From: Cenarchaeum sp.
Lineage (GTDB): Archaea > Thermoproteota > Nitrososphaeria > Nitrososphaerales > Nitrosopumilaceae
Assembly: GCA_963693095.2 (NCBI GenBank)
Contig: OY843768.1
Span: forward strand, 224,001 to 288,000
Length of the DNA stretch: 64,000 bases
Direction: 5' to 3'
Numbering within the stretch: position 1 is the first letter of the stretch; each line of letters starts with the position of its first letter. The notes beneath the pieces are model-generated. The model was not told the origin of the DNA. It saw only the letters and a list, made by a program, of their open reading frames with translations, and did not search any database. A program made the position numbers and the translations under genes. Shown piece after piece: positions 38,955-48,785 of the stretch.

Positions 38955-41900
38955 GTGGAATGCGATGCGTTGGCAAGTCCATGGATTGCCCTGATGGCCG
39001 TGCTTGCGGCACTGGCCGCCGTCGCGCTTGTGGCGCCGGCTGAGGCCGCCGTATCCACGCTTGTCGCCGATGAGACCTCGTATGCGGCCGGCACGTCGAT
39101 GACACTGAGCGGCAAGAACAGCGGTGGAACAGGACAGCTAGTGAGCCTGACGATCGAGCCTCCCACCGGGCCTGATGTGCATTGCGCTGGCTTGGTTGAC
39201 TACTGTAAATCTGATGTCACGGACAGGGACGGTAATTATGAATTCGCCGGGATTTCTGTGGATGACGCGTTTGGCGCTGACGGGACGTACAAGCTTTATG
39301 CGTATGCGGGATCGCTAAACAAGGACACCGCGCAGATCCTGCTCGTCAGCAAGTCTGATGGCACGGTTACCGTAATTGGGGGCGAGCTTGAGATAAGGGA
39401 CATCTCGCGCCGATCTGCGCGTGCGCTATCCGAGCTGACGTTTACCGCAAACGTTGAGGGATCTAGCGATGGAGTCACATTCTCGCTAAAGTCTCCGGTT
39501 CCGGATGGTGCGCGTATAGCCAGTGATGGGGAATTTACATGGACACCAATCCCGTCTGATGTTTCCACCCGTTTATACGATGTCACCATAGTCGCAACAG
39601 GCCGTGGACAGACTGCAGAAAAGACCGTCGAGATTATGGTGAGTGCGCGCCAGGCCACATCCGGAACAGGCGTCACGTCTGTGACTACCGACCAGACTAC
39701 ATACTCTAGGACCGAGTCGATCGTATTTTCGGGTACGACTGAAGGAGGATCGACTGGCGATAGGGTAAAGCTTCGCATAGACTACCCCACAGCATCTGAT
39801 GCTGCAGGTGAGATTGCAGATCAGATCACTGCCAATACACTCGCCAACGGAAATTTCGTGATGGACGCGTTGAGCGTGAGCTCCACGTTTGGCTCAATAA
39901 CCGGTGAATACATTGTAAGTGCATACACAGACGAGCAAAGGCTCACAAACGCGCACGTATCGTACATCACATACAGCAACAACAGGGTCGAGTTTACCGG
40001 CTCACGCTTTGCGCTGGAGGACATACCGCGACAGGAGACCATTGTCGGATCGCGCGTTGCCTTTCTCGCAGAGCCCTCTGATGCCTCGTTCCAAAACGTT
40101 GACTATAACCTGCCAACAAAGCCATCAGGCGCCAGAATCGACGACGACGGCGTGTTCACGTGGACTCCGCGCGCATCTGATGCGGGAAGCGGCACCTCTG
40201 CCAAGGAGCACCCCGTAACGATCAGCGCCGAGGTGGGCTCGGGGGACAGCCGACAGACCGCGACAAAGGACGTCATCATAGCCGTCAAGGCCGCTCCGGC
40301 CAACGCGCCTGCGCCAACTGCGCAGGGCGGGGGGAGCCAAGAGCCTGCAACGCCGCCGTCGGGAACGAGCCCGGACACAGAGTCGCGCGTGCTGACCTTC
40401 AAGACTGATGCCGTCTCGTATGACAAGGACGACAGGATCATATTCAGCGGAACCACAGAGGGTGTTGCTGTCAGAGAGCCCGTGTCTATCGTGATAAAAC
40501 CGCCAACTGGAAAAGACAAGATTCGCACTGGGCTAGCCACGGCGGATAACACGTTCACAACCTTAGGAATAGACGTCAGCGACGCATTCAAGCGGACAGG
40601 CGTGTACACCATACAGGCGTTCACACCAGACCAAAGTGCCTCCAACGCCGTCACTCTGCAGATGGAGTACAAGAACGACCGTGTTAGCGTCAAGTTTGAG
40701 AGCCCACTGGTGATCGCCTCCATACCCAACCAGTCCGTAGAGGTCGGCTCAAGGCTCACGTTCACGGCGGCTCCGACAGAATCGTCGTATACCGGCCTCA
40801 CATGGTCCCTTGGGGGCATACCGCTAGACGGCGCGACGATCAGCGACCGTGGGGTCTTTGAGTGGACTCCGCAAACGCTGCGCAACGCGCAGGGTGAGTC
40901 ATTCCAGATCATGGTAAAGGCAACAGACGGGCAACAGTCCACCGGCACGACTGTCATGATTGCCGTGACGCCAAAGGCTGCGGCGCCCGAGCCGACCCCG
41001 CCGACCACTGCGCCAACGCCTGCCCCTACACCGACGCCAACGCCGACTGCTCCAGAGCCTGCACCAACTGCGCCTGCGCCAGCACCGGCACCTGACCCGC
41101 TTGCGGCAAAGCGCACACAGTTCCTCACCACGGTTCAGGGAGCCACGCCACAGTCGCTCATAGACCGCTACGAGAACGATGCGGGATACAAGACATGGTA
41201 TGACGATAACTTTGCAGGCCTTGACATCCGCGAGGCTCTGGGAGTCACGCTGGCCACGCCGCCACCTGCGCCCGCAGGCCCTGATCCCAGATTCGTCTCC
41301 TCCATGACGCAGGGCGACGACCCTCAGGTGTACGTCGACCGGTACAACTCGGAGCCCGCGTACAAGGCGTGGTTTGACTCGGCGTTCCCCGACCTCACGA
41401 TCCAGCAGGCAGCCGGCCTGGCCACGGCGGCGCCTACCCCGGCAGCGCCTGCCGCCCCGGCCCCGCTTCCGGATCCCGATCCCGACCCGCGGTTCGTCTC
41501 CTCCATGACGCAGGGCGACGACCCTCAGGTGTACGTCGACCGGTACAACTCGGAGCCCGCGTACAAGGCGTGGTTTGACTCGGCGTTCCCAGACCTCACG
41601 ATCCAGCAGGCAGCCGGCCTTGCCACGGCCGCGCCGGCACCTGCGGCACCAGCCGCGCCCGCTGCCCCCGCCGCCCCAGCCCCGCTGCCAGACCCTGATC
41701 CGGATCCGCGCTTTGTCTCCTCCATGACGCAGGGCGACGACCCTCAGGTGTACGTCGACCGGTACAACTCGGAGCCCGCGTACAAGGCGTGGTTTGACTC
41801 GGCGTTCCCGGACCTCACGATCCAGCAGGCAGCCGGCCTGGCCACGGCCGCGCCGACACCTGCGGCACCGGCTGAACCCGCTGTGCCTGCGGCCCCCGCC

Positions 41901-42773
41901 GCCCCCGCCCCCCTGCCAGACCCTGATCCGGATCCAAAGTTCGTCTCCTACATGACGCAGGGCGACGACCCGCAGGTCTATGTCGGCAGATACTTTTCAG
42001 ACCCAGCCTACAAGGCGTGGTTTGACACGTCGTTCCCCGACCTCACGATACAGCAGGCAGCCGGACTGGCCGCAGACGTGCCGATTATGCTGGCCGCTGC
42101 CCCGCAGCCCGACCCCGACCCCGAGTTTGTCCCCTACATGACTGCAGGTGACGATCCGGCAACATATGTCGAGCGCTACAACACGGATACGTCATACAGT
42201 GAGTGGTTTGACACGTCGTTCCCGGACCTCACGATAGAGCAGGCGACCGGATACGTAAAGCCTGTTTCCATCTCGTGTGCGCCGGGCACCGAGATGATCA
42301 ACGGCAAGTGCGTGCCAATAAAGTCATCACCGGTTCCGGCTCCGGCAGTGGGCGGATGCCTCATAGCGACTGCCGCGTACGGGACGGAGCTTGCACCACA
42401 TGTCCAGGCACTGCGCGAGGTTCGCGACTCGACGCTCCTGACGACTGCATCAGGCACGTCGTTCATGTCGGCGTTCAACGGCATCTATTACACGTTCTCG
42501 CCGACAGTTGCGGACTGGGAGAGGCAGAGCCCCGAGCTGCGCGCAGCAGTCCGCGCGGCGATCACGCCGATGGTCATGTCACTCTCGATAATGTCGGTGG
42601 CCCCTGACGGCTCGGAGTCTGGCGTCCTGGCCCTCGGCCTGGCCGTCATTGCGCTAAACGTCGGCATGTACGTCGCCGCGCCGGCCGGAGTGGCCCTGGC
42701 GGCCCGATCCGCGATCCTGCGCCGAAAGGGGGTTTTGGTGCGGAAGGTGGGATTCGAACCCACGTACCCCTAA
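38955..42773 (+). CDS. Large surface protein: Ig-like domains, Pro-rich linkers, six YVDRYN repeats and a CFI-box C-terminus
   Basis: Signal peptide; three GAxI...GxFxWTP Ig domains; GGCLIATAAYG tail. Confidence 0.85.
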   Translation: MECDALASPWIALMAVLAALAAVALVAPAEAAVSTLVADETSYAAGTSMTLSGKNSGGTGQLVSLTIEPPTGPDVHCAGLVDYCKSDVTDRDGNYEFAGISVDDAFGADGTYKLYAYAGSLNKDTAQILLVSKSDGTVTVIGGELEIRDISRRSARALSELTFTANVEGSSDGVTFSLKSPVPDGARIASDGEFTWTPIPSDVSTRLYDVTIVATGRGQTAEKTVEIMVSARQATSGTGVTSVTTDQTTYSRTESIVFSGTTEGGSTGDRVKLRIDYPTASDAAGEIADQITANTLANGNFVMDALSVSSTFGSITGEYIVSAYTDEQRLTNAHVSYITYSNNRVEFTGSRFALEDIPRQETIVGSRVAFLAEPSDASFQNVDYNLPTKPSGARIDDDGVFTWTPRASDAGSGTSAKEHPVTISAEVGSGDSRQTATKDVIIAVKAAPANAPAPTAQGGGSQEPATPPSGTSPDTESRVLTFKTDAVSYDKDDRIIFSGTTEGVAVREPVSIVIKPPTGKDKIRTGLATADNTFTTLGIDVSDAFKRTGVYTIQAFTPDQSASNAVTLQMEYKNDRVSVKFESPLVIASIPNQSVEVGSRLTFTAAPTESSYTGLTWSLGGIPLDGATISDRGVFEWTPQTLRNAQGESFQIMVKATDGQQSTGTTVMIAVTPKAAAPEPTPPTTAPTPAPTPTPTPTAPEPAPTAPAPAPAPDPLAAKRTQFLTTVQGATPQSLIDRYENDAGYKTWYDDNFAGLDIREALGVTLATPPPAPAGPDPRFVSSMTQGDDPQVYVDRYNSEPAYKAWFDSAFPDLTIQQAAGLATAAPTPAAPAAPAPLPDPDPDPRFVSSMTQGDDPQVYVDRYNSEPAYKAWFDSAFPDLTIQQAAGLATAAPAPAAPAAPAAPAAPAPLPDPDPDPRFVSSMTQGDDPQVYVDRYNSEPAYKAWFDSAFPDLTIQQAAGLATAAPTPAAPAEPAVPAAPAAPAPLPDPDPDPKFVSYMTQGDDPQVYVGRYFSDPAYKAWFDTSFPDLTIQQAAGLAADVPIMLAAAPQPDPDPEFVPYMTAGDDPATYVERYNTDTSYSEWFDTSFPDLTIEQATGYVKPVSISCAPGTEMINGKCVPIKSSPVPAPAVGGCLIATAAYGTELAPHVQALREVRDSTLLTTASGTSFMSAFNGIYYTFSPTVADWERQSPELRAAVRAAITPMVMSLSIMSVAPDGSESGVLALGLAVIALNVGMYVAAPAGVALAARSAILRRKGVLVRKVGFEPTYP
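41110..42250 (+). repeat. Six tandem ~200-bp domain repeats, three nearly identical at DNA level
   Basis: TCCTCCATGACGCAGGGCGACGACCCTCAGGTGTACGTCGACCGGTACAAC at about 41298, 41499 and 41718. Confidence 0.92.
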
Positions 42774-42823
42774 GAGACAGGGACCTAAACCCTGCGCCGT
42801 TGACCTGGCTTGGCGACTCCCGC
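42736..42823 (-). tRNA. tRNA-Leu(TAG), CCA encoded
   Basis: Reverse strand GCGGGAGTCGCCAAG...CAGGG-TT-TAG-GT-CCCTG, long variable arm, GGTTCGAATCCCACCTTCCGCACCA. Confidence 0.95.
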
Positions 42824-42873
42824 GCCCACGCGTGCGCAAAACACAAATTTATCTATATTGGGCACGCCGCTTC

Positions 42874-44211
42874 ATGGGCCTCTTTGGCACCAACGGCGTG
42901 CGTGGGATTCTCGGCGAGGGCCTGACCCTGGGCGGCATCCACGGCATCGCCATGTCGATGGCGACTCATATCGGGCGTGGTCCGATCCTCGTCGGCCGTG
43001 ACGGGCGCGACACGAGCGGGCCAATATCCTCGATGGTCCTCTCGTCTCTTCGCTATGCGGGCATTGCGTGCGCCGATGCCGGCCTTGTCCCGACGCCATG
43101 CCTGCAGCTTGCAGTCAGGAACCTTGGATATGCCGGCGGGATCATGGCGACTGCGTCACACAACCCGCCCGAGTATGGCGGGCTAAAGCTGGTCTGGCAT
43201 GACGGTATAGAGGCCTCGCGCGATGACGAGGCCGCCGTTGAGCGCATCTATGGCGCGCGCTCATGGCATGCGGCATCCGCATGGGGTGCCGAGTCTGTTG
43301 AAAGCCGTGCGCTTGAGACGTACCGGCGCGGCATTGCGTCAATGGTAGACACTGCGGCGATCGCGCGCTCTGGGCTGCGCATTGCTCTCGACCTTGGAAA
43401 TGGCGCACAGGTAGCAGCCGCCAGGGACGTGCTGTCTGGCATATGTGACAATGTGGTGTGCATCAATGACGAGATTGACCCAAACTTTTCTGGACGCGGT
43501 CCGGAACCGCGGCCTGACAACCTGTCAGCCTTGTCAGATGCGGTCTGCGACTCTGGTGCTGACATTGGAGTGGCGTTTGACGGGGATGGTGACCGGAGCA
43601 TGATGTGCGATGAGCGCGGCAGCATACTAAGCGGTGACACGTCCGCACTATTTCTCGTGGCGCACCTGCTGCGCCACAACGAGTCCTCTGAGATTGTCAC
43701 GCCGATAAACTCTGGCGACGCAATAGAGGAGATTGCCAAAGATTCGCACTCGCGCGTGATCCGAACCGGTGTCGGCAGCGTGACAGTCTCTCGCGAGATG
43801 GCACGCCGCGGCGCACTCGCCGGCTTTGAGGAGAATGGCGGATTCATGTACGGCCCACACCTTCCGGTTCGCGACGGCTGCATGGCCGCAGCACTTGCGC
43901 TCGAGGCCCTCGCCGAGTCAGCACCACTCTCCTCGGCAGTCGCTGCGCTCCCAAAGTCGTTCACCGCCAAGACTAGCGTGCGATGCCCGCCGGATCGCGC
44001 CGGTGCTGCCCTTGCGGCCATAAAGGCTGCGCACCCCGATGCGGACACGCGCGACGGCGTAAAGGTCCGTCTGGGCCGCCGGCGCTGGGTCATGGCTCGT
44101 CGCAGCGGAACCGAGCCCATAGTGCGCATATACGCCGAGTCTGACTCGTCATATGGCCTCGAGGAGCTCCTATCTCGGTACTCGGCAATGGTTGCTGACT
44201 CGCTCGGATAG
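42874..44211 (+). CDS. Phosphomannomutase/phosphoglucosamine mutase family protein
   Basis: LFGTNGVRG, TASHNP, FDGDGDR and RRSGTEP motifs. Confidence 0.92.
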   Translation: MGLFGTNGVRGILGEGLTLGGIHGIAMSMATHIGRGPILVGRDGRDTSGPISSMVLSSLRYAGIACADAGLVPTPCLQLAVRNLGYAGGIMATASHNPPEYGGLKLVWHDGIEASRDDEAAVERIYGARSWHAASAWGAESVESRALETYRRGIASMVDTAAIARSGLRIALDLGNGAQVAAARDVLSGICDNVVCINDEIDPNFSGRGPEPRPDNLSALSDAVCDSGADIGVAFDGDGDRSMMCDERGSILSGDTSALFLVAHLLRHNESSEIVTPINSGDAIEEIAKDSHSRVIRTGVGSVTVSREMARRGALAGFEENGGFMYGPHLPVRDGCMAAALALEALAESAPLSSAVAALPKSFTAKTSVRCPPDRAGAALAAIKAAHPDADTRDGVKVRLGRRRWVMARRSGTEPIVRIYAESDSSYGLEELLSRYSAMVADSLG

Positions 44212-44350
44212 TGGCCGCCACAGTCGACGGGGTCGGCTGGTGGGGATGCGACTTTTGGGGCTCGCACGTGCCCTGTCGCATGGCGTGCTGCGCCTCCGGA
44301 ATGCGCCTGAATGGGAATAAAGGGTTAAATGATCTGCTGATGCCCTCGTG

Positions 44351-44494
44351 CCTAGGCAGGACGTATACAGTTACCCCTGCTTAGGGTTCGGCAGCCCCGC
44401 GTTGGGGGGGCTGTCCTACCTGCTCATATCAGGTGGATTTGTGAGCTCCTCGGGTCTCTCCGGGGCGCATGGCCAACTATGACCCAGCCAACAC
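44351..44494 (+). ncRNA. Candidate structured ncRNA with four consecutive hairpins
   Basis: GGTTAAAT box at about 44323; four stems whose non-Watson-Crick pairs are G-U on the + strand; ends ACA-CTTTT. Confidence 0.5.
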
Positions 44495-44530
44495 TTTTAA
44501 CCCCTCTAGCGCGCCCGTGCGCTCGGAGAA

Positions 44531-44917
44531 ATGGCAAAGTCATACTATGTCAAGTTCGAGACGCCCTCAAACCTCGTGAGCCCAATCCTCGAGGCCGTAA
44601 AGGCGTCGGCCCAGACGGGCAAGGTCAAAAAGGGCACCAACGAGGTCACAAAGGCCATCGAGCGCGGCCAGAGCAAGCTCGTCATAGTCGCCGAGGACGT
44701 CGAGCCCCCAGAGGTCGTCGCGCACCTCCCGATACTCTGCGAGGAGCAGGGCGCGCACTATGCGTTCGTGCCCTCAAAGCAGGACCTTGGCAAGGCCCTC
44801 GGCATAGACATCATCGCCGCGGCTGCGGCAATAATAGATCCAGGCGAGTCAAAGCAGATAGTCGAGCAGGTCATAGAGTCGATCACTGGCCTAAAGGGCG
44901 GCAGTGATTCCAAATGA
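44531..44917 (+). CDS. rpl7ae: Ribosomal protein L7Ae
   Basis: [14 protein letters not shown]...[14 protein letters not shown]. Confidence 0.97.
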   Translation: MAKSYYVKFETPSNLVSPILEAVKASAQTGKVKKGTNEVTKAIERGQSKLVIVAEDVEPPEVVAHLPILCEEQGAHYAFVPSKQDLGKALGIDIIAAAAAIIDPGESKQIVEQVIESITGLKGGSDSK

Positions 44918-45135
44918 AGGCCGTCGCCTCCACTGATGACTCGATAACTCCCGCAGAGGTGATCCAGATTGTTGGCCGGACCGGCATCGCCGGCGAGGTC
45001 ATACAGGTTCGCGTAAAGATACTTGGCGGGAGCGACCAGGGTCGCATCCTCACGCGCAACATAAAGGGGTCTGTGCGCATGGGCGACACGCTCATGCTGC
45101 GCGAGACAGAGCGCGAGGCCAAGAAGATAAAGTAG
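44914..45135 (+). CDS. rps28e: Ribosomal protein S28e
   Basis: [12 protein letters not shown]...RNIKG...LRETEREA. Confidence 0.97.
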   Translation: MKAVASTDDSITPAEVIQIVGRTGIAGEVIQVRVKILGGSDQGRILTRNIKGSVRMGDTLMLRETEREAKKIK

Positions 45136-45139
45136 GTGA

Positions 45140-45346
45140 ATGCCGTTGAGCCTTCTAGTAAAGCCATGCAGCTTTTGCAACCGTCCAGTCGCCAAGGGGT
45201 CAGGAACGATGCTAGTGAAGAACGACGGGACTGTCCTGTGGCTCTGCTCCTCAAAGTGCCGCAAGAACATGCTTGTGCTAAAGCGCGATCCCCGCAAGCT
45301 AAAGTGGACAAAAAAGTACGTAAAGGGAGGCATACGCCGTAGTTGA
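45140..45346 (+). CDS. rpl24e: Ribosomal protein L24e
   Basis: CSFC...GSG...CSSKC...RDPRKLKWT. Confidence 0.96.
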   Translation: MPLSLLVKPCSFCNRPVAKGSGTMLVKNDGTVLWLCSSKCRKNMLVLKRDPRKLKWTKKYVKGGIRRS

Positions 45347-45747
45347 GCAGCGGGCGCACGCTCATTGTGATAAAGCCTGATGGCGTAAAGAGGGGACTCG
45401 TCGGCAGCGTGCTGGCGCGCTTTGAGCAAAAGGGCTTTGCGATCGCCGAGCTACGCATGTTCCAGTTTTCAGCAGACCAGGCAAAAGAGTTCTATTCGCC
45501 GCACAGCTCCAAGCACTTTTTTGGCGAGCTCGTGTCGTTTGTGACATCAGGCCGCGTTGTGGCCGCAATACTCGAGGGCAATGACGCCATAGCGGCGACG
45601 CGCCTCATGATCGGCGCGACAAAGTCGTCTGAGGCGGCCCCCGGCTCGGTCAGGGGCGACTTTGGCCTCGGCTTTACTGACAATATCATACACGCCTCGG
45701 ATTCAGAGCCGAGCTTTGACAGAGAGTCCCGTGTGGTGTTCGGGTGA
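45343..45747 (+). CDS. ndk: Nucleoside diphosphate kinase
   Basis: [28 protein letters not shown]. Confidence 0.97.
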   Translation: MSSGRTLIVIKPDGVKRGLVGSVLARFEQKGFAIAELRMFQFSADQAKEFYSPHSSKHFFGELVSFVTSGRVVAAILEGNDAIAATRLMIGATKSSEAAPGSVRGDFGLGFTDNIIHASDSEPSFDRESRVVFG

Positions 45748-45753
45748 TCGGCC

Positions 45754-47535
45754 TTGCGCGTTCGGCAGCCAATCGTGGCCGTCCTCGGCCATGTAGACTC
45801 GGGCAAGACGTCCCTGCTTGACACGGTTCGCGGCACGGGCGTGCAGGGCCGCGAGGCCGGCGGCATCACGCAGCACATAGGCGCGAGCTTTTTGCCGGCC
45901 GAGACGCTTCGCGAGTCGTGCGGTTCGCTGTATGGCCGGCTAGAGTCCTCTGACTTTCAGGTGCCCGGCCTGCTCGTCATCGACACGCCGGGCCACGAGG
46001 TCTTTCGCAACCTGCGCACGCGCGGGGGCTCGGCTGCTGACATTGCGATCCTCGTCGTGGACGCCAACAAGGGCTTTCAGATGCAGACCAATGAGAGCCT
46101 CGACATACTGCGCAGGCGCGGCGTGCCCTTTGTGGTCGCGCTAAACAAGGTCGACGCGCTAGGCGGTTGGCGCAGCACGGAGACCGAGTCGATAACCGAG
46201 TCGCTAAAGGCGCAGGGCGAGTCGATGCGCGCGACGCTTGATGAAAAGATATACGCAGTCGTCGGCTCGCTCTCGGTCCTGGGCTACGAGTCTGAGGCGT
46301 TCTGGCGCGTCGGGGACTTTAAGCGGCAGGTCGCCATAGTTCCGGTCTCGGCGCGCACGCGCGTCGGCATACCGGAGCTCCTCACGGTTCTCGTGGGCCT
46401 TGCACAACAGTACCTCCAAAAGCGCCTCGAGCAGTCATCAAAGGAGTCCCATGGGATCGTCCTTGAGGTCAATGACGAGCCCGGCCTCGGCGAGACGGCC
46501 AACGTCATGCTAATTGACGGCTCGCTTGGAATGGGCGACACGGTGATTGCCGCGACGCGCGACTCGGCAATATCGACGCGCCCGCGCGCAATACTCTTGC
46601 CAAAGCCGCTCGACGAGATGCGCGACCCGCGCGACCGCTTTCTTCCTGTCGAGCGAGTCGATGCGGCTGCCGGAGTAAAGATAGCATCACCGGGTCTCGC
46701 CGGCGTCCTGCCGGGCAGCACAATGTATGTTGCGGCCGATGCCGCCGCAATTGAGCGGCACAAGTCGGAGATCATCTCGGAGATAGGCTCGGTCTTTATC
46801 GACACAAAGACGACTGGCGTGATTGTAAAGTGCGACACGATAGGCTCCCTTGAGGCGCTCACAGAGATGATCTCCTCGGGTGCCACGGCAGTCTCAAAGG
46901 CAGACATTGGGGCAGTCACAAAGCGCGATGTCGCCGAGGCCCGCGCGATCAAGGAGCGCGACAGGCACCTGGGCGTCATACTCGCGTTTAATGTAAAGAT
47001 CCTGCCTGATGCGCGCGAGGAGGCCGCAGTCCACCATGTGCGCATATTTGAGAACCGCGTGATATACGAGCTAGTCGACTCGTACACGCGCTGGGTCGGC
47101 GAGGACTCGGCCAACATTGAGGATGCGATATTCTCCGAGATCACGCCAATCTCGCGCTTTACGTTCCTTGACGGGTGCGCGTTTCGCAACAGCGGGCCGG
47201 CCGTCTTTGGCGTGCGCGTCGATGTTGGCCTGCTGCGCCAAAAGGTCCAGTTTATGGATCCCACGGGGAGGCGCGTGGGCACGATACACCAGCTCCAGCG
47301 CGACAAAAAGCCAGTCGACTCGGCGCGCGCCGGCGAGGAGCTCGCATGCTCGGTCAACGGCGTGACTATCGGGAGGCAGCTCATAGAGGGCACGACATAC
47401 TATACGCTGCCGACATCCTCTGAGGCAAAAAAGCTCCTCGCCGCATTCCTGCACCGCCTGTCGAGTGACGAAAAGACCACGCTCAACGAGGTCGTCGAGG
47501 CGCAGCGCGCGCGCGATGCCGCATACGCGTACTAG
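45754..47535 (+). CDS. infB: Translation initiation factor aIF5B/IF-2
   Basis: [35 protein letters not shown]. Confidence 0.97.
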   Translation: MRVRQPIVAVLGHVDSGKTSLLDTVRGTGVQGREAGGITQHIGASFLPAETLRESCGSLYGRLESSDFQVPGLLVIDTPGHEVFRNLRTRGGSAADIAILVVDANKGFQMQTNESLDILRRRGVPFVVALNKVDALGGWRSTETESITESLKAQGESMRATLDEKIYAVVGSLSVLGYESEAFWRVGDFKRQVAIVPVSARTRVGIPELLTVLVGLAQQYLQKRLEQSSKESHGIVLEVNDEPGLGETANVMLIDGSLGMGDTVIAATRDSAISTRPRAILLPKPLDEMRDPRDRFLPVERVDAAAGVKIASPGLAGVLPGSTMYVAADAAAIERHKSEIISEIGSVFIDTKTTGVIVKCDTIGSLEALTEMISSGATAVSKADIGAVTKRDVAEARAIKERDRHLGVILAFNVKILPDAREEAAVHHVRIFENRVIYELVDSYTRWVGEDSANIEDAIFSEITPISRFTFLDGCAFRNSGPAVFGVRVDVGLLRQKVQFMDPTGRRVGTIHQLQRDKKPVDSARAGEELACSVNGVTIGRQLIEGTTYYTLPTSSEAKKLLAAFLHRLSSDEKTTLNEVVEAQRARDAAYAY

Positions 47536-47930
47536 GCGAGGCGCGCGGCAAGTCCCCGCAGGCCGGCCGCACCGATGGCGCCTACTGCGCGCGTGACCTC
47601 GCGGCCCTTTGAGAACGCGATGAACGTAGGTATCGACTGGACGCCGAGACGCTGCGCGACGGGCTGGCAAGAGTCGATATTGACGCGCGCGACTCGTACG
47701 CGGCCGGCGAGCTCGGCGGCCACGGCCTCCACTGTCGGATGCATTGACCTGCATGGGCCGCACCACTCTGCCCAAAAGTCCACAATGACTGGAAGCTCGC
47801 CGTTTATTGCCGCATCAAATGAGGCTGCGTCAAGCTCGACGACGCCGGCCGGCTCGGGAGGCCTGGATGCCTCCTCGACCATCCTGCGCATCTTTTGTCG
47901 CATGATCGCCTCTACCTCGGGGTCTTCCAT
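47532..47930 (-). CDS. trxA: Thioredoxin
   Basis: VDFWAEWCGPC. Confidence 0.93.
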   Translation of the reverse strand: MEDPEVEAIMRQKMRRMVEEASRPPEPAGVVELDAASFDAAINGELPVIVDFWAEWCGPCRSMHPTVEAVAAELAGRVRVARVNIDSCQPVAQRLGVQSIPTFIAFSKGREVTRAVGAIGAAGLRGLAARLA

Positions 47931-48029
47931 GCGGCGCGCCGGACGGCGGGCTGTATTTAACGCATGGCCGCCTGCCATGCCGTGTCGCGCCAAAAAGGCT
48001 TATGACGAGTGCCGCGCCGACTGCCCCTA

Positions 48030-48785
48030 ATGATCGAGGACTCGTGGCTTGTCCTGGTAGGCCTTGCAGCCGGCATGGTCGGCTCCACAGTCGGCCTCGG
48101 GGGAGGCCTCATCGTGACGCCGGTCCTCGTCTCGGCCGGATTTGCGCCGGCAGTCGCGGCGGCCAACAGCCTCTTTGTCTCGCTTGGCAACGCGACGGCC
48201 TCGACTGTGTCGTACTGGAGGCAGGGGCGGGTTCGCACCCATGCCCTCTTTCGCATCACAGTTGCCGCCGTGCCGGGCACGGCCGTCGGCGCACTTGCGT
48301 CTGATGCGATACTCCCGTCGTCGTTCAAGGCGCTCTTTGCGGTACTCCTCGTCGCGTGCATCGTCTACATGATGACGCGCCGGCGCGTCACAAGCTCGGA
48401 TGCGCCACCGGCAGCACCATTTGCGCTACTTGGAATGTCTGCGAGCTTTTTTGCAGGCGTCATGTCGAGCTTTTTTGGCATCGGCGGTGGAATCATATTC
48501 GTCCCGCTCCTCCTGGCGATCCTTGGGCTGACGATGCGCGATGCAGTCGCGACCTCGCAGGCGATACTGATTCCAGTCTCGCTTGCCGGCGTCATCTCGC
48601 ACACGCTCCTGGGACATCCGGACTATTACCAGGCAATGCTCCTGATGGCCGGCGCGATGGTTGGCGGGTACATTGGCGCGCGCATGTCAGCGCGCGCACA
48701 GGACCGCCCGCTTCGCATACTCGCGTCTGTCGTCATGGGACTCGCGGCAATAAAGCTCGCACTAGACTCGGTGGCCGAGGCCTAG
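48030..48785 (+). CDS. TauE/SafE family (sulfite exporter-like) membrane protein
   Basis: Two GxGGG-containing TM repeats and an AVATS motif. Confidence 0.88.
   Translation: MIEDSWLVLVGLAAGMVGSTVGLGGGLIVTPVLVSAGFAPAVAAANSLFVSLGNATASTVSYWRQGRVRTHALFRITVAAVPGTAVGALASDAILPSSFKALFAVLLVACIVYMMTRRRVTSSDAPPAAPFALLGMSASFFAGVMSSFFGIGGGIIFVPLLLAILGLTMRDAVATSQAILIPVSLAGVISHTLLGHPDYYQAMLLMAGAMVGGYIGARMSARAQDRPLRILASVVMGLAAIKLALDSVAEA

Noticed and set aside
41110-42250. Repeats with variable spacers as a possible CRISPR array
   Set aside because: Units are about 140 bp, in frame inside a CDS, separated by Pro/Ala-coding linkers; no cas genes nearby
44351-44494. SRP RNA, RNase P RNA or 5S rRNA
   Set aside because: Lacks the SRP GGAA helix-8 motif, the RNase P GAGGAAAGUCC core and the 5S consensus; kept only as an unknown RNA candidate
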